In this document: piece after piece, positions 17,605 to 27,462 of the stretch
Layout: the number at the start of each line of letters is the position of its first letter
Numbering within the stretch: the stretch's first letter is position 1
Sequence record: DRR723986_13572
DNA: 42,571 nucleotides
Reading direction: 5' to 3' (one strand)
Translations under genes and position numbers: made by a program
Notes under the pieces: generated by a model
Databases searched by the model: none
The model's input: the letters and a program-made list of their open reading frames with translations, nothing else
Told to the model about the DNA's origin: nothing

Positions 17605-18590
17605 ATGAAAACTAAACAGTTTGTTACAGGTTTGCTTGCCATTATCGCTATGTTTTTTTTGCTATAGCATTTACAGGGTGTAATGGTGATGATGATGGAA
17701 AAGATCCGAATACAGTAGCTTACAGAGTTGCAGAAAAAGTAAGTACTGAGGTTTCCGGTTCATATCTTTATGAAGACAGAGATATTTATAATTATATGGA
17801 CAAACGATTAATAGAAGTTATTGATTTTGATAAAGAAGATGGCAGTTGGGTAGAAGATAGAAAGACAGAGTATGAGTATGATGGTAATTGGGTGTCTTCT
17901 CGTCGTTATAACAAAGATGGAGACGAATGGGTGCCGGAAGGTATTCAAGGAGCAGAGGAAATGAAAATTGTTGATGGGAAAATTATGGAAATCAAATATA
18001 CTTATCCTAATGATGTTTACAGACAAGTGTATACGTATAATGGAGACAAAATAGTTAAAGTTGAGTATTTAAATAATGGAGAATTGAATTATATGTATGT
18101 CTGCACATATAGAGGAGATAATATTGATGAAATTATTGAATATGATTATTATAATGGTAATGAAGAATTGGATTACAAATACACATTCTCTTATACCAAT
18201 GATAACCTAACTGAGATGATAGGGATGTATCGTAGTAACGAGATTTGGGTAAATTCGTCTAAATATGTATATCTATATTCTGGTAAAAACGTAATTCAAA
18301 TAGATTATTATGATTATTCTAATGAAAATTGGGAACTAGAGGATAGCACTAATTTTAGCTATAATAGTTTAGGACTTTTAGAATCTATTTCACAGAGTGG
18401 TGAAGATTGGACATGGGAAGAAATTTACACCTATGAAGAGGGACGAGGTAATTATAAATTATTACGTGGTGAAGGTGGATATTACAGTATGTTTAATTAT
18501 CCATCGGCTCAAATAATGGCTGACGATAATACCAGTGGTGAGGATAACAAATTTGATGTAATCCAATCTATATTACATATGAATAATTAG
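17605..18590 (+). pseudogene. Tyr-rich beta-repeat surface lipoprotein, frameshifted at a T8 tract in the signal peptide
   Basis: MKTKQFVTGLLAIIAM-(T8, 17653-17660) stops at TAG 17665. Adding one T gives ...MFFFAIAFTGC-NGDDDGKD..., in frame with ORF 17796-18590. Confidence 0.85.
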
Positions 18591-18618
18591 TATTTCAATT
18601 GTGAAATATTATAAAATC

Positions 18619-18649
18619 AAAAGACCTTACAGAAATGTAAGGTCTTTTT
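18619..18649 (+). terminator. Intrinsic terminator
   Basis: AAAAGACCTTAC-AGAAAT-GTAAGGTCTTTTT. Confidence 0.88.
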
Positions 18650-18728
18650 ATATCTGTAAATGAGATGCGATTTTTAGTGCCGCTTATCGGTTAGATATGG
18701 TTCTGTTCTTAATGAACTATATCGTTCT

Positions 18729-18750
18729 ATACTGAAACAAGTTCAGCATG
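18729..18750. repeat. REP-like short palindrome
   Basis: ATACTGAA-ACAAG-TTCAGCATG; same geometry as the element at 1343-1369. Confidence 0.45.
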
Positions 18751-18806
18751 TGTGAGTGAAGTTAGATGTTTACCACCATAATGTCAATACGTAGAGCTAC
18801 GTATTT

Positions 18807-19682
18807 TTAATGTAACGCTTTGTCTCTATATCGCGTCTGTCTTGTGAGTTTCATGGCGCGTAAAAATTCGAGATATAAAGATTGCATCGTAGCTTCATTA
18901 ATATCTTGTGAGTCTATTTTATTAAAGCCATGTATCATATATCTACCTTCGTTTTTTCTTAAGACAATATACGTTTCTTCATTATAAAACTTAAACAAGG
19001 TACGGTCAGATTCAAAAATGCCATCTCCTACCAAAAAATTAGGAGCATTCATTTCTTTGTGCAATAGTTCTAATCCTGTACGTTCTTTAGCATAGCCATA
19101 AAGTTTTTGGATAAAGCTAACCGTTTCGGCATTACAAGTTGTTTTTAAGGGTTCTAACTCCTCATTTTCAAAGTAGTTGTGTACATCCTTAAAAAATTGA
19201 TTTACCACCTTTAGTACAGAGTCTACTGCTGGTCGTTTTTTAAGTTCGGCTTTGTAATCTACAATTTTTTGTTGCGCTCTTTGTATGCGCTCTGGTGTGG
19301 CATAAATATCATTTTCGCCTTTTACTTTCCACTCATCATTATACTTACTAAGCTTAATTTTATAATATTCGTAACCACTCATTAAGCAACTGGCGCAACT
19401 GTCATAAAAATCTACAGAAGTTGCTCTTATATTTAAATTTGCACTAATGATTGGTGCCCTGAGCATTTTAGCGTATTTATGATTGAGCATAATAAGTTTA
19501 AACAAAGAATCTTCTGTTACAGATTTAAGTAAAAGCGAATCTCCTTGTCTTAAATCTAATCTGCCTTTAATAAATTTATTGCAGGTTTCACGGACTTTAA
19601 GGGTGTCATTTTGTGCTTGGCTAGAGCAGAAAACTAATAGCATTGTGATGACAGCTATATGTTTTATTATAATTTTAAACAT
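18807..19682 (-). CDS. Hypothetical exported protein
   Basis: 291-aa ORF with a signal peptide (SQA-Q); overlaps the rdgB stop codon. Confidence 0.7.
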   Translation of the reverse strand: MFKIIIKHIAVITMLLVFCSSQAQNDTLKVRETCNKFIKGRLDLRQGDSLLLKSVTEDSLFKLIMLNHKYAKMLRAPIISANLNIRATSVDFYDSCASCLMSGYEYYKIKLSKYNDEWKVKGENDIYATPERIQRAQQKIVDYKAELKKRPAVDSVLKVVNQFFKDVHNYFENEELEPLKTTCNAETVSFIQKLYGYAKERTGLELLHKEMNAPNFLVGDGIFESDRTLFKFYNEETYIVLRKNEGRYMIHGFNKIDSQDINEATMQSLYLEFLRAMKLTRQTRYRDKALH

Positions 19683-20277
19683 TAAAACGTGTATTTAAAA
19701 ACTCAATTAATTGTCGCACCGCCTTACCACGATGGCCAATCTTGTTTTTTTCTTCCATAGAGATTTCAGCGAAGGTTTGGTTGTAACCATCTGCTTTAAA
19801 TATTGGGTCGTAACCAAAACCGTCTGTACCATGTTTTTCTTTTGTGATTTCACCACGACAAATACCAGTAAAGGTTTTTAATTTACCATTAAGATGTAAG
19901 GCAATTACGGTTTTAAACTGTGCTTGTCGTGATGCTTTGTTCTCAAGTTCAGATAAAAGCTTATTCATGTTGTTATCTGCGTTACGTGGTAGACCACCAT
20001 AAAAAGCAGTGTCTACACCAGGCTCTCCATTTAAGGCATCTGCTTCTAAGCCTGTATCATCTGCAAAACAATCATATCCATAGTTGGTTTTAATGTATTC
20101 TGCTTTTTGAGTCGCATTACCTTCAATAGTGCCAGTAGTTTCTGGTATGTCCTCAAAACAACCAATATCTTTTAAATTCAACAGCTTAATTGAGTCAGGT
20201 ACGAGTTTTTGTACTTCCTTTAATTTATTATGATTATTTGTAGCGAAAACGAGTTTTACGTTCGAGTCTTTTTTCAT
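19675..20277 (-). CDS. rdgB: Non-canonical purine NTP pyrophosphatase (HAM1)
   Basis: FATNNHNKLKE, ADDTGLE, GFGYDPIF, EKNKIGHRGKA. Confidence 0.95.
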   Translation of the reverse strand: MKKDSNVKLVFATNNHNKLKEVQKLVPDSIKLLNLKDIGCFEDIPETTGTIEGNATQKAEYIKTNYGYDCFADDTGLEADALNGEPGVDTAFYGGLPRNADNNMNKLLSELENKASRQAQFKTVIALHLNGKLKTFTGICRGEITKEKHGTDGFGYDPIFKADGYNQTFAEISMEEKNKIGHRGKAVRQLIEFLNTRFNV

Positions 20278-20348
20278 GATTTCAAAGATAGCGTAATATT
20301 CATTTTTAACTCTAAATAGTCTTAACTTTACATTTCAAACTTTTAGTT

Positions 20349-22145
20349 ATGCGCTTCGTTTTTATATTGTTTTTCATGTCATTATTGTCCTATTCTCAAA
20401 CCACAGTAGAGAAAGAAGATGACAAGTGGGTTTTGAAAGTCAATGATGAACCTTTTGACATTAAAGGCGCAACGTTTGGTTATAATAAGGATGTTGAGAA
20501 TTATGACAGCTATTTCAAAGACCTACAATCTTTAGGTGTCAATACCATAAGAACATGGGCAACGGGAGACAATACTCCAGCACTTCTTGACGCGGCACAT
20601 GCGCATGGTATGAAAGTAATGGTTGGGATTTGGATGCGTCATGGCAGACCAGGTATGGAAGATGATGATAGCTTTGATTATTTAACTGATACCCAAGGTA
20701 AGGAAGATCAGTATAACAATGCTATTGCTGTTGTGAATCAGTTTAAAGACCATCCTGCCGTATTAACTTGGGGAATTGGTAACGAAGTGTATCTAAATAT
20801 GGCAACTGATGAAGAAAAGCTGGTGTATTCTAAACTGTTAGAACGCATTTGCAGCGATATTAAAGCCATTGATAGGAGTCATCCTATTACTTCTATAGAA
20901 GCTTGGTCTTTTGGTATGGATTGGTGGAGTAAGTATGTACCTTCTGTTGATATTTATGGGCTTAATAGTTATGGTGCTGGTGCTAATTATTTAGCTGAAG
21001 AAATGCAGAAGCGTAATATTGATAAACCCTACATTGTAACTGAGTTTGGTGTTACAGGAGAATGGGATGTTGCCGAAGATAAAAACGGAGTAAAAGTTGA
21101 ACCGTCAGATGCAGAAAAATATGATGCTATTGTCAATGGTTATAGCAATTGGATTGTTAATAAAGCGAATTGTCTTGGTGTTTATGTATTTCACTACAAT
21201 AGCGGTAATAGTTTTGGTGATATTTGGTTAGCAACACATGTTGATAATAAATACAGACCGCAGTATTGGGCAATTAGAGAAGCCTATACAGGATATAAGC
21301 CTACCAATTATGTTCCGGAAATTTCACGATTAGAATTACCTGAAGCTACTGTAGAAGCTGAAGATTGGGTGCCTGTAACATTAACAACTACAGACAAAGA
21401 AAATGAAACGTTAAATGTAACTTTTGGTTATAACCATCGTGTGGGTAGTAGACGTTATAGAAATCAAATATTACCATTAAACACTAGAGGAAATATTATA
21501 GATGGGTTTGAAATTCAGTTACCAGAAGTTAATGGTGCAATTAAGGTATATGCCTTTGTAAGTGATGCCTATTCTAATTTAGGTATTGAATCAATCTCTA
21601 TTATGGTTAAAGATGACGATGCTATACCAGACAAATATCGTGTACCAAAAGTAGACTTACCTTTTTACATTTATAAAGATAATGAGACCCTGCCATATTT
21701 GCCTACAGGTTATATGGGCAACTATAAGACGATGTCTGTAGATTTAAATCACACTAAAAATGTGCATTCGGGTAAATCTGCTATAGAGATTAGTTATAAA
21801 GATCGTTCTGGTTGGTATGGATTGTCTTTTGTAGATCCGGCTAATGATTGGGGAGATATTCTTGGTGGTTATAATATTAGTGGAGCTAAAACATTTAGTT
21901 TTTGGGCAAAAGCAGACTTTAGTGGTATAGGTGCAAAGATTGGTTTTGGTTTAATAGAGAAGGGTAAACCATTTCCTGATTCTGCTATTGCATCTGAAGA
22001 GATAGTGTTGACCTCTAAATGGAAAAAGTACAGCATAAAGTTGAAAAAAATGGATTTAAGTTACATCAAGACAGGTTTCGTTATATTCTCTAACGGTTAT
22101 GGGTCTTCTCATAAAATCTATTTAGACAATATTGTTTTTGAATAG
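20349..22145 (+). CDS. Clan GH-A glycoside hydrolase (GH2-TIM-like) with a C-terminal carbohydrate-binding-like domain
   Basis: Signal peptide; GVNTIRTW, HPAVLTWGIGNE (acid/base), PYIVTEFG (nucleophile); C-terminal FSFWAK...LTSKWKKYSI...IYLDNIVFE. Confidence 0.8.
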   Translation: MRFVFILFFMSLLSYSQTTVEKEDDKWVLKVNDEPFDIKGATFGYNKDVENYDSYFKDLQSLGVNTIRTWATGDNTPALLDAAHAHGMKVMVGIWMRHGRPGMEDDDSFDYLTDTQGKEDQYNNAIAVVNQFKDHPAVLTWGIGNEVYLNMATDEEKLVYSKLLERICSDIKAIDRSHPITSIEAWSFGMDWWSKYVPSVDIYGLNSYGAGANYLAEEMQKRNIDKPYIVTEFGVTGEWDVAEDKNGVKVEPSDAEKYDAIVNGYSNWIVNKANCLGVYVFHYNSGNSFGDIWLATHVDNKYRPQYWAIREAYTGYKPTNYVPEISRLELPEATVEAEDWVPVTLTTTDKENETLNVTFGYNHRVGSRRYRNQILPLNTRGNIIDGFEIQLPEVNGAIKVYAFVSDAYSNLGIESISIMVKDDDAIPDKYRVPKVDLPFYIYKDNETLPYLPTGYMGNYKTMSVDLNHTKNVHSGKSAIEISYKDRSGWYGLSFVDPANDWGDILGGYNISGAKTFSFWAKADFSGIGAKIGFGLIEKGKPFPDSAIASEEIVLTSKWKKYSIKLKKMDLSYIKTGFVIFSNGYGSSHKIYLDNIVFE

Positions 22146-22197
22146 AAAACTTCACTTTTCTTTTAAAATTTATTTCAGAATTATTAAGAGCAATTTA

Positions 22198-22240
22198 TGA
22201 CAATTGTCAGTAATATAACCTGCTTATTATTGTATCTTGG
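22198..22240 (+). promoter_or_regulatory. raiA promoter with a TGA-N6-TCA palindrome
   Basis: TGACAATTGTCA at 22198-22209 and -7-like TATCTTGG at 22233-22240. Confidence 0.5.
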
Positions 22241-22274
22241 AGTAAGGAATTATTAATTAAAACAAGTAAAGATT

Positions 22275-22574
22275 ATGACTGTAAATTTTCAATATGTAAA
22301 TACAGATGTAAGTGAGACATTATCAGCAATTACCGAAGAGAAATTAAAGAAGTTGGCTGATAAATTTGAGTTTGTTATTTCTGCACAGGTTTATTTTAAG
22401 CACGATGATAAAGATCATAAAGCTGGTAAGATTTGTAATATTGAGTTAAGCTTACCTGGTCCTCGTATTTTCGCAAAGTCTAATAAGAATAATTATGAAT
22501 TAGCGGTGAGTGAAACCATTAACGATTTAACACGTCAGCTTAAAAAAAGAAAAGAAATTTATAACACACATTAA
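22275..22574 (+). CDS. raiA: Ribosome hibernation factor HPF/RaiA
   Basis: SAQVYFK...ICNIELSLPGPRIFA...LTRQLKKRKE. Confidence 0.88.
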   Translation: MTVNFQYVNTDVSETLSAITEEKLKKLADKFEFVISAQVYFKHDDKDHKAGKICNIELSLPGPRIFAKSNKNNYELAVSETINDLTRQLKKRKEIYNTH

Positions 22575-22619
22575 TATTACATAACGTTTCGACGTTTTTA
22601 TACCGGAGGGTTTACTATT

Positions 22620-23093
22620 TTATCTATGATGATAGGGTTCGTTCTTTAAAATAGTGAACCCTCTGTATAATTGTTCTATAAAGAAGAGACGCACCATTTG
22701 ATGCGAAAAGGTCATTTTTGATAAACCGAGCTTTCCATTTGCACGCTTATAAACCGCATCCGAAAAACCGTAAGGGCCACCAATAACAAAAATCAACGTT
22801 TTTATTCCAGAATTCATGCGTTTTTGTAAGTAACCAGAAAACGCAACAGAATCCATTTGTTTCCCATTTTCATCTAAAAGTATAAGTACATCAGACTTTG
22901 AGGTTTTCGATAAAATTAATTCACCTTCTTTGTCTTTCTGTTGTGATTCAGACAGATGTTTTACTTTCTTTAAATCAGGAATAATTTCAAATTCAAACTT
23001 GATATAATGACCTAGACGCTTTGTATAATCTACAATCAAAGCGATTAAATTTTTATTATCAGTTTTGCCTATTGCAATGAGTTTTATCGTCAT
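22620..23093 (-). CDS. rlmH: 23S rRNA m3-pseudouridine-1915 methyltransferase
   Basis: Likely start MTIKLIAIGKT at 23093; LLDENGK, IGGPYGFS, MTFSHQMVR, EPYHH. Confidence 0.96.
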   Translation of the reverse strand: MTIKLIAIGKTDNKNLIALIVDYTKRLGHYIKFEFEIIPDLKKVKHLSESQQKDKEGELILSKTSKSDVLILLDENGKQMDSVAFSGYLQKRMNSGIKTLIFVIGGPYGFSDAVYKRANGKLGLSKMTFSHQMVRLFFIEQLYRGFTILKNEPYHHR

Positions 23094-23186
23094 AAATTCA
23101 AAGTTATACTTTTTTATAATTTGGTATTCGCTTTTTTCAACTATTAACCTATCAATTCCTATTTTTACACTAAATAAGTATTTCAG

Positions 23187-24044
23187 ATGATTGCACAAGA
23201 CCAATTCCAAAACGAAATAGATTTAATTATTGCTAACGCTATACGCGAAGACGTGGGAGATGGTGACCATAGTTCTTTGGCATGCATTCCCGCTTCCGCT
23301 CATGGAAAAGCTAAGTTATTAGTTAAAGACGAAGGGATTATTGCTGGTGTAGAATTCGCAAAACAGGTGTTTGCTTATGTGGACGAGAATATGACGGTTG
23401 AAACCTTAATTGAAGATGGTAGCCAAGTTAAATATGGTGATATTGCTTTTTATGTAGAAGGTGCTTCACAGTCTATATTAAAGGCTGAACGATTGGTATT
23501 AAACGCTATGCAACGTATGAGTGCTATAGCGACAAAAACTAAAACCTTTGTAGATTTGTTAGAATGCACAGGTACTAAGGTTTTAGATACACGAAAAACG
23601 ACGCCTGGTATTAGAGCTTTGGAAAAGTGGGCAGTTAAAATTGGAGGTGGCGAAAATCACAGATTTGCATTATATGATATGATTATGCTAAAGGACAATC
23701 ATATCGATTTTGCTGGAGGAGTTACTAAAGCTATAGATAAAACAAAGCAGTATCTAAAGGATACCAAACGTGATTTAAAAATTATAGTTGAAGCGCGTAA
23801 TCTCAAGGAAATTGAAGAGATACTAGAGTGTGGTGGAGTATACCGAATATTATTAGATAATTTTAATTACGACGATACACGCAAAGCCGTAAAACTTATA
23901 GGAGATAAGTGTTTAACAGAATCATCTGGAGGTATAAATGAGCATACTATAAGACATTATGCAGAATGTGGTGTAGATTATATATCGTCAGGCGCGTTAA
24001 CACATTCGGTTTACAACTTAGACCTAAGCCTGAAAGCCGTTTAG
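23187..24044 (+). CDS. nadC: Quinolinate phosphoribosyltransferase
   Basis: DTRKTTPG, NHRFALYDMIMLKDNH, ILLDN, ESSGGI, ISSGALTHS. Confidence 0.97.
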   Translation: MIAQDQFQNEIDLIIANAIREDVGDGDHSSLACIPASAHGKAKLLVKDEGIIAGVEFAKQVFAYVDENMTVETLIEDGSQVKYGDIAFYVEGASQSILKAERLVLNAMQRMSAIATKTKTFVDLLECTGTKVLDTRKTTPGIRALEKWAVKIGGGENHRFALYDMIMLKDNHIDFAGGVTKAIDKTKQYLKDTKRDLKIIVEARNLKEIEEILECGGVYRILLDNFNYDDTRKAVKLIGDKCLTESSGGINEHTIRHYAECGVDYISSGALTHSVYNLDLSLKAV

Positions 24045-24047
24045 AGC

Positions 24048-25007
24048 ATGTCAAAACAAATAGAAGAGAAATTAGATAAGATACCTGTACTTAATTTGGT
24101 GGTTCGTTTTTTTAAGCAAATTCGTTTGCCAGGTTTTGAGGGTTTGTCTATTTACGACTTGTTAGAACTTTATGTTTTAGGTATTGTAAAAGGCGCCCTA
24201 ACTACTCGAGCAAGTGCTATTGCCTTTAGCTTTTTTACAGCCATATTTCCATTTCTGTTATTTGTAATTATTGTAATGCCCTATATTCCAATAGATAATT
24301 TTCCTGAGGAATTTGAATTGTTTTTGAATGATTTTTTACCACCACAAACCTCTGAGTTTTTCTTCTCTAATATATTTGAGAATATTAGTGGCAGTAGTAG
24401 TGCAGGTTTAATTTCAACCATTTTTTTATTGTCTATTTTATTAATGGCAAATGGTGTTAGTGCTGTGTTTTCAGGGTTTGAATACTCATATCATGAACAA
24501 TTAGTCAGAAGCATTGTACAACAGTATTTATATGCTTTAGGAGTAGCTCTTATTTTAGCATTTTTAGTATTGCTCACTGTGGCAGTATTTGGATATTTTC
24601 AGATTTATATAATTCAACCCATATATGAAGGTATTACAGGTCAAGATGCATTAAAGACCGATACTGGTATTGGTTGGATAATTTTTGCCAAATACATGTT
24701 TTTTGTGGTTATGGTTTATTTAGCCACAGCAACCTTATACTATTTTGGAACTAAAGAAGGTAGAGAAACACGCTTCTTTTCTATAGGTGCTTTGTTAACT
24801 ACGTTATTGATAATGTTAACCTCTTATTTGTTCGGTATTTATATTGAGAATTTCTCCAAATATAATGAGCTCTATGGCTCAATTGGTGCTTTGCTTATTC
24901 TGTTGTTTTATTTATGGCTTAACTCTAATATATTGTTGTTAGGCTATGAACTTAATGCATCACTTCAGTACTTAAGAAAAAATCCAAAGGAAGAATTAAA
25001 GAACTAA
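24048..25007 (+). CDS. YihY/BrkB family membrane protein
   Basis: RASAIAFSFFTAIFP and YNELYGSIGALLILLFYLWL; multiple TM segments. Confidence 0.9.
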   Translation: MSKQIEEKLDKIPVLNLVVRFFKQIRLPGFEGLSIYDLLELYVLGIVKGALTTRASAIAFSFFTAIFPFLLFVIIVMPYIPIDNFPEEFELFLNDFLPPQTSEFFFSNIFENISGSSSAGLISTIFLLSILLMANGVSAVFSGFEYSYHEQLVRSIVQQYLYALGVALILAFLVLLTVAVFGYFQIYIIQPIYEGITGQDALKTDTGIGWIIFAKYMFFVVMVYLATATLYYFGTKEGRETRFFSIGALLTTLLIMLTSYLFGIYIENFSKYNELYGSIGALLILLFYLWLNSNILLLGYELNASLQYLRKNPKEELKN

Positions 25008-25008
25008 T

Positions 25009-27462
25009 ATGTCATACTTTTTAGATGTCATATTGCCCATTCCGCTTCAAAAAGCATTTACCTATCATATTACTGAAGCAGAGGCGAAGTTCATAAAACC
25101 TGGAATGCGTGTTGCTGTACCATTTGGTAAAAGCAAAATTTATACAGCATTAGCTTATAAAATTAATAATAATCCACCTGTAGCATATGAGGCTAAGACC
25201 ATTCATCAAATCTTAGATGAAGAACCTGTAGTAACTGAATTTCAATTAAAACATTGGGAATGGATAGCGAGTTACTATATGTGCAGTATTGGTGAAGTAA
25301 TGCGAGCTGCAATGCCAAATGCATTTTTATTAGAAAGCGAAACTATAATCGCTAAGAATGAAAACGTAGATGTAAATGAAGCACAGTTAAAAGATGATGA
25401 ATTTTTAATTTATGAAGCGCTACAATACCAATCATCGTTAAAAATACAAGATGTGGTATCAATTTTAGATAAAAAGTGCGTCTTACCAGTTATTAATGGT
25501 CTTGTAGAAAAAAATATATTATTTCTGCAGGAAGAATTGTACGAAAAGTACCAACCAAAATTGGTGCGTTATGTTAAGTTACATCAAAATCATAAGTCTG
25601 AAGAAAAACTTCAAGAGTTATTGGAACTACTAAGTAGAGCACCAAAACAGCGACAAGTTATATTAACCTTATTCACGCTGGAAGCCTCCGAAAATAAGCC
25701 TATTAAAGTTTCAGAATTAGTAAAGCATAGCGAAACATCTTCTGCAATTATTAAAGCATTAATTGATAAAGGTGTTTTAGAAGAGTATCATATTAAAACC
25801 GATAGAGTACAGTTTGAAGGCGATGGTGACGACCCTTTAAAAACTTTAAATGAAGTACAGCAAAATGCATATTCAGAAATTGAAGATTGCTTTAAGACTA
25901 AGTCTGTAGCATTATTACATGGAGTAACATCTTCTGGTAAAACGGAAATTTATGTGCAACTAATTAGACAGCAGTTAGAGGCTGGTAGACAAGTACTGTA
26001 TTTACTGCCTGAAATTGCTTTAACCACTCAGCTAGTGCAGCGTTTACAAGATTATTTTGGCGAAAAAGTTGCTGTTTTTCATAGCCGTTATTCAGGAAAT
26101 GAGAGAGTTGAGGTTTGGCATAATATGCTTAATAATTCTAATAAGGCTCAAGTTATTATAGGTGCAAGGTCTTCATTATTATTACCTTTTAAGAATTTGG
26201 GTTTAATTATTGTCGATGAAGAACATGAACAATCCTATAAACAATTTGATCCTGCACCTAGATATCACGCAAGAGATGCTGCTATTGTATTGGCCAATTA
26301 TCACAGCGCTAAAACACTTTTAGGTTCTGCTACACCAAGTTTAGAGAGCTATTTTAATGCAAGTCAGGGTAAATACGGTTTAGTAGAATTAACGACCAGA
26401 TACAATAATGTTTTAATGCCAGAAATTGAGCTGGTAGATTTGGCTGATAAATACAAGAGAAAACGCATGAAGGGTCATTTTTCGGATCGATTGATACAAG
26501 AAATGACTGAAGCCTTAGAGCAAGGATTTCAAATAATACTATTTCAAAACCGAAGAGGATTTTCACCAATAGTAGAATGTACAACCTGTGGTAATTCTCC
26601 ACAATGTCCTAATTGCGATGTTAGTTTAACCTATCATCAGTATAGAGATCAATTACGTTGTCATTATTGTGGTTATAATTCTGCTATGTTAAAGAGTTGC
26701 CAGGCTTGTGGCAATTCTACTTTAGATACTAAAGGATTTGGTACTGAACAAATCGAAGAGGAGGTGAAAGTTTTATTCCCAGACAAAAAAGTAGCCAGAA
26801 TGGACTTGGATACTACAAGAGGGAAATATGGATTTGAAAAAATAATTAACAGTTTTGAGCAGCGCGAAATCGACATTTTAGTAGGTACACAGATGCTAAC
26901 CAAAGGTTTAGATTTTAGATACGTAAAGCTGGTAGGAATTTTGAACGCTGACAATTTACTGAATTTCCCAGATTTTAGAGCTCATGAACGTAGTTATCAA
27001 TTAATGGCGCAGGTGTCTGGTAGAGCAGGCCGTACAGATTTACGTGGTAAAGTTTTGATTCAGACGTATAACCCACATCACAACATTTTACAACAAGTAT
27101 CTACAAACTCTTACCAAGAGATGTATGCTGAGCAAATGAATGATCGATACAATTACAAGTATCCTCCTATTTATAGAATTATAAAAATTACATTTAAACA
27201 TAAAGATTATAATCGAGTGAATTTAGCCGCAGATTGGTATGCTAAATCTTTAAGACAAGTATTTAAGACTAATATACTTGGCCCTGAGTTTCCGCCAATT
27301 TCTCGTATAAGAAACCTTTTTAATAAAAATATCTTGATTAAGATTCCACAGAATCAATCTTTAGCTAAGACCAAAGAGGCTATTAGAAAAATTGATAATA
27401 GTTTTAATGCTGTTAAAGATTTTAGATCGGTAAGAGTAGTAATTAACGTAGATAATTATTAA
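25009..27462 (+). CDS. priA: Primosomal protein N'
   Basis: HGVTSSGKT, PEIALT, DEEH, SATPS, four CxxC pairs, GTQM, QVSGRAGR. Confidence 0.98.
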   Translation: MSYFLDVILPIPLQKAFTYHITEAEAKFIKPGMRVAVPFGKSKIYTALAYKINNNPPVAYEAKTIHQILDEEPVVTEFQLKHWEWIASYYMCSIGEVMRAAMPNAFLLESETIIAKNENVDVNEAQLKDDEFLIYEALQYQSSLKIQDVVSILDKKCVLPVINGLVEKNILFLQEELYEKYQPKLVRYVKLHQNHKSEEKLQELLELLSRAPKQRQVILTLFTLEASENKPIKVSELVKHSETSSAIIKALIDKGVLEEYHIKTDRVQFEGDGDDPLKTLNEVQQNAYSEIEDCFKTKSVALLHGVTSSGKTEIYVQLIRQQLEAGRQVLYLLPEIALTTQLVQRLQDYFGEKVAVFHSRYSGNERVEVWHNMLNNSNKAQVIIGARSSLLLPFKNLGLIIVDEEHEQSYKQFDPAPRYHARDAAIVLANYHSAKTLLGSATPSLESYFNASQGKYGLVELTTRYNNVLMPEIELVDLADKYKRKRMKGHFSDRLIQEMTEALEQGFQIILFQNRRGFSPIVECTTCGNSPQCPNCDVSLTYHQYRDQLRCHYCGYNSAMLKSCQACGNSTLDTKGFGTEQIEEEVKVLFPDKKVARMDLDTTRGKYGFEKIINSFEQREIDILVGTQMLTKGLDFRYVKLVGILNADNLLNFPDFRAHERSYQLMAQVSGRAGRTDLRGKVLIQTYNPHHNILQQVSTNSYQEMYAEQMNDRYNYKYPPIYRIIKITFKHKDYNRVNLAADWYAKSLRQVFKTNILGPEFPPISRIRNLFNKNILIKIPQNQSLAKTKEAIRKIDNSFNAVKDFRSVRVVINVDNY

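Noticed and set aside
17796..18590. RHS/YD toxin interpretation of the Tyr-rich repeats
   Set aside because: Short, carries a lipoprotein signal, and has no RHS core motif, toxin tip or immunity gene.
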